Shown: positions 63,237 to 64,000 of the stretch, one piece after another
Layout of the letters: each line of letters starts with the position of its first letter
How positions within the stretch are numbered: position 1 is the first letter of the stretch
Position numbers and translations under genes: made by a program
Source of the DNA: Octopus sinensis
Taxonomy: Eukaryota
Assembly (NCBI RefSeq): GCF_006345805.1
Contig: NC_043026.1
Span: forward strand, 14,983,579 to 15,047,578
DNA: 64,000 nucleotides
Direction of reading: 5' to 3'
The notes under the pieces: model-generated
Database searches by the model: none
What the model was told of the DNA's origin: nothing
Seen by the model: the letters and a program-made list of their open reading frames with translations, nothing else

Positions 63237-63281
<45 letters not shown>

Positions 63282-63526
63282 GTTGAAATTTGGAGAAAAT
63301 CAAAAAAAAAACAAAGACAGGTGTGTAAACAACAAACAGGTGTGTAAACAACAAACAGGTGTATTAGTTTAATGCTCGGGAAGGTGAGAAAGTATTTTAC
63401 ATTTCGAGCGTATGCTCCTCAACAGGAAGGAACATGAGGAAATAAACAGATAGAGTATAAAAAAAAAACTTTTGGAGTTAGCAGTCAGTCATGGAGGCTG
63501 GCTGGACAGAGGTAATATGTGTGTGC

Positions 63527-63562
<36 letters not shown>

Positions 63563-63664
63563 ATAAAAATGGTAAGACAACAAAAGAATGAAAGAGACCT
63601 CGATATTATGTAAAGAGAGGAATTTATCTGTAAATGTAATATGTGACAATTATTTGGTAGCCAT

Positions 63665-63725
63665 GATAAAACTCTGAGTTTCGGATGTCGGGGCAGAAAC
63701 CCACGCCAGCATCTCTTCAGTTATC
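63665..63725 (-). ncRNA. Type I hammerhead ribozyme, canonical core with one extra C before GAAA
   Basis: Minus strand: GAUAA-CUGAAGA-GAUG(...)CAUC-C-GAAAC-UCAGA-GUU|UUAUC. 5-bp stem I. Confidence 0.7.
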
Positions 63726-64000
63726 CGGCCATCAATAAAGAAAAACTATGAAAATTACCGTTAAAACAAAGGGAAATTACTGTGTGATTGACCGTTATTA
63801 AGACAAAAGAGTTGGATAATTGTCACATATTATATTTATATATATATATATATTCTCCCTATATATATATATATATATATATATAATTATTATATACCCA
63901 ATGGCGGTGCCCCAGAATGGCCACAGCTCATGAGCTGAAACTAGAAAAATCTAAATCAAATATATATATAATAATAATATTAGGGAATAAATCCAAACTT

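Overview
Repeat-rich, AT-rich eukaryotic genomic DNA. The SINE/LINE/microsatellite content looks like an octopus-type (coleoid cephalopod) genome; that assignment is inference. Contents: (1) the last nine coding exons of PPWD1 (WD40 + cyclophilin) on + at 801-13739, all GT-AG with consistent phases (1032 nt, 344 codons including the stop). (2) A tandem segmental duplication (~21.8-31.0 kb vs ~40.5-55.9 kb). Each copy carries an uninterrupted ~5.4 kb reading region encoding a ~1800-aa protein: a short N-terminal region plus about six tandem, diverged NHL-like beta-propeller modules. Copy 1 has one 1-bp frameshift that copy 2 corrects; copy 2 has many 1-bp indels. The paralogs are nearly identical except for mostly amino-acid-changing hotspots in modules 4 and 6. 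Each copy has an inverted duplicate of its own 5' coding segment about 0.8 kb upstream. (3) Mobile DNA: a 5'-truncated RTE LINE with a PHD-like finger, CR1 and Tx1/L1-like fragments, Helitron fragments and HINE-like elements, piggyBac-type MITEs and several tRNA-derived SINE families. (4) At least eight minimal type I hammerhead ribozyme motifs in short non-coding repeats, several tied to fold-back inversions; one inversion starts exactly at the predicted cleavage site. All alignments and divergence estimates were made by eye.
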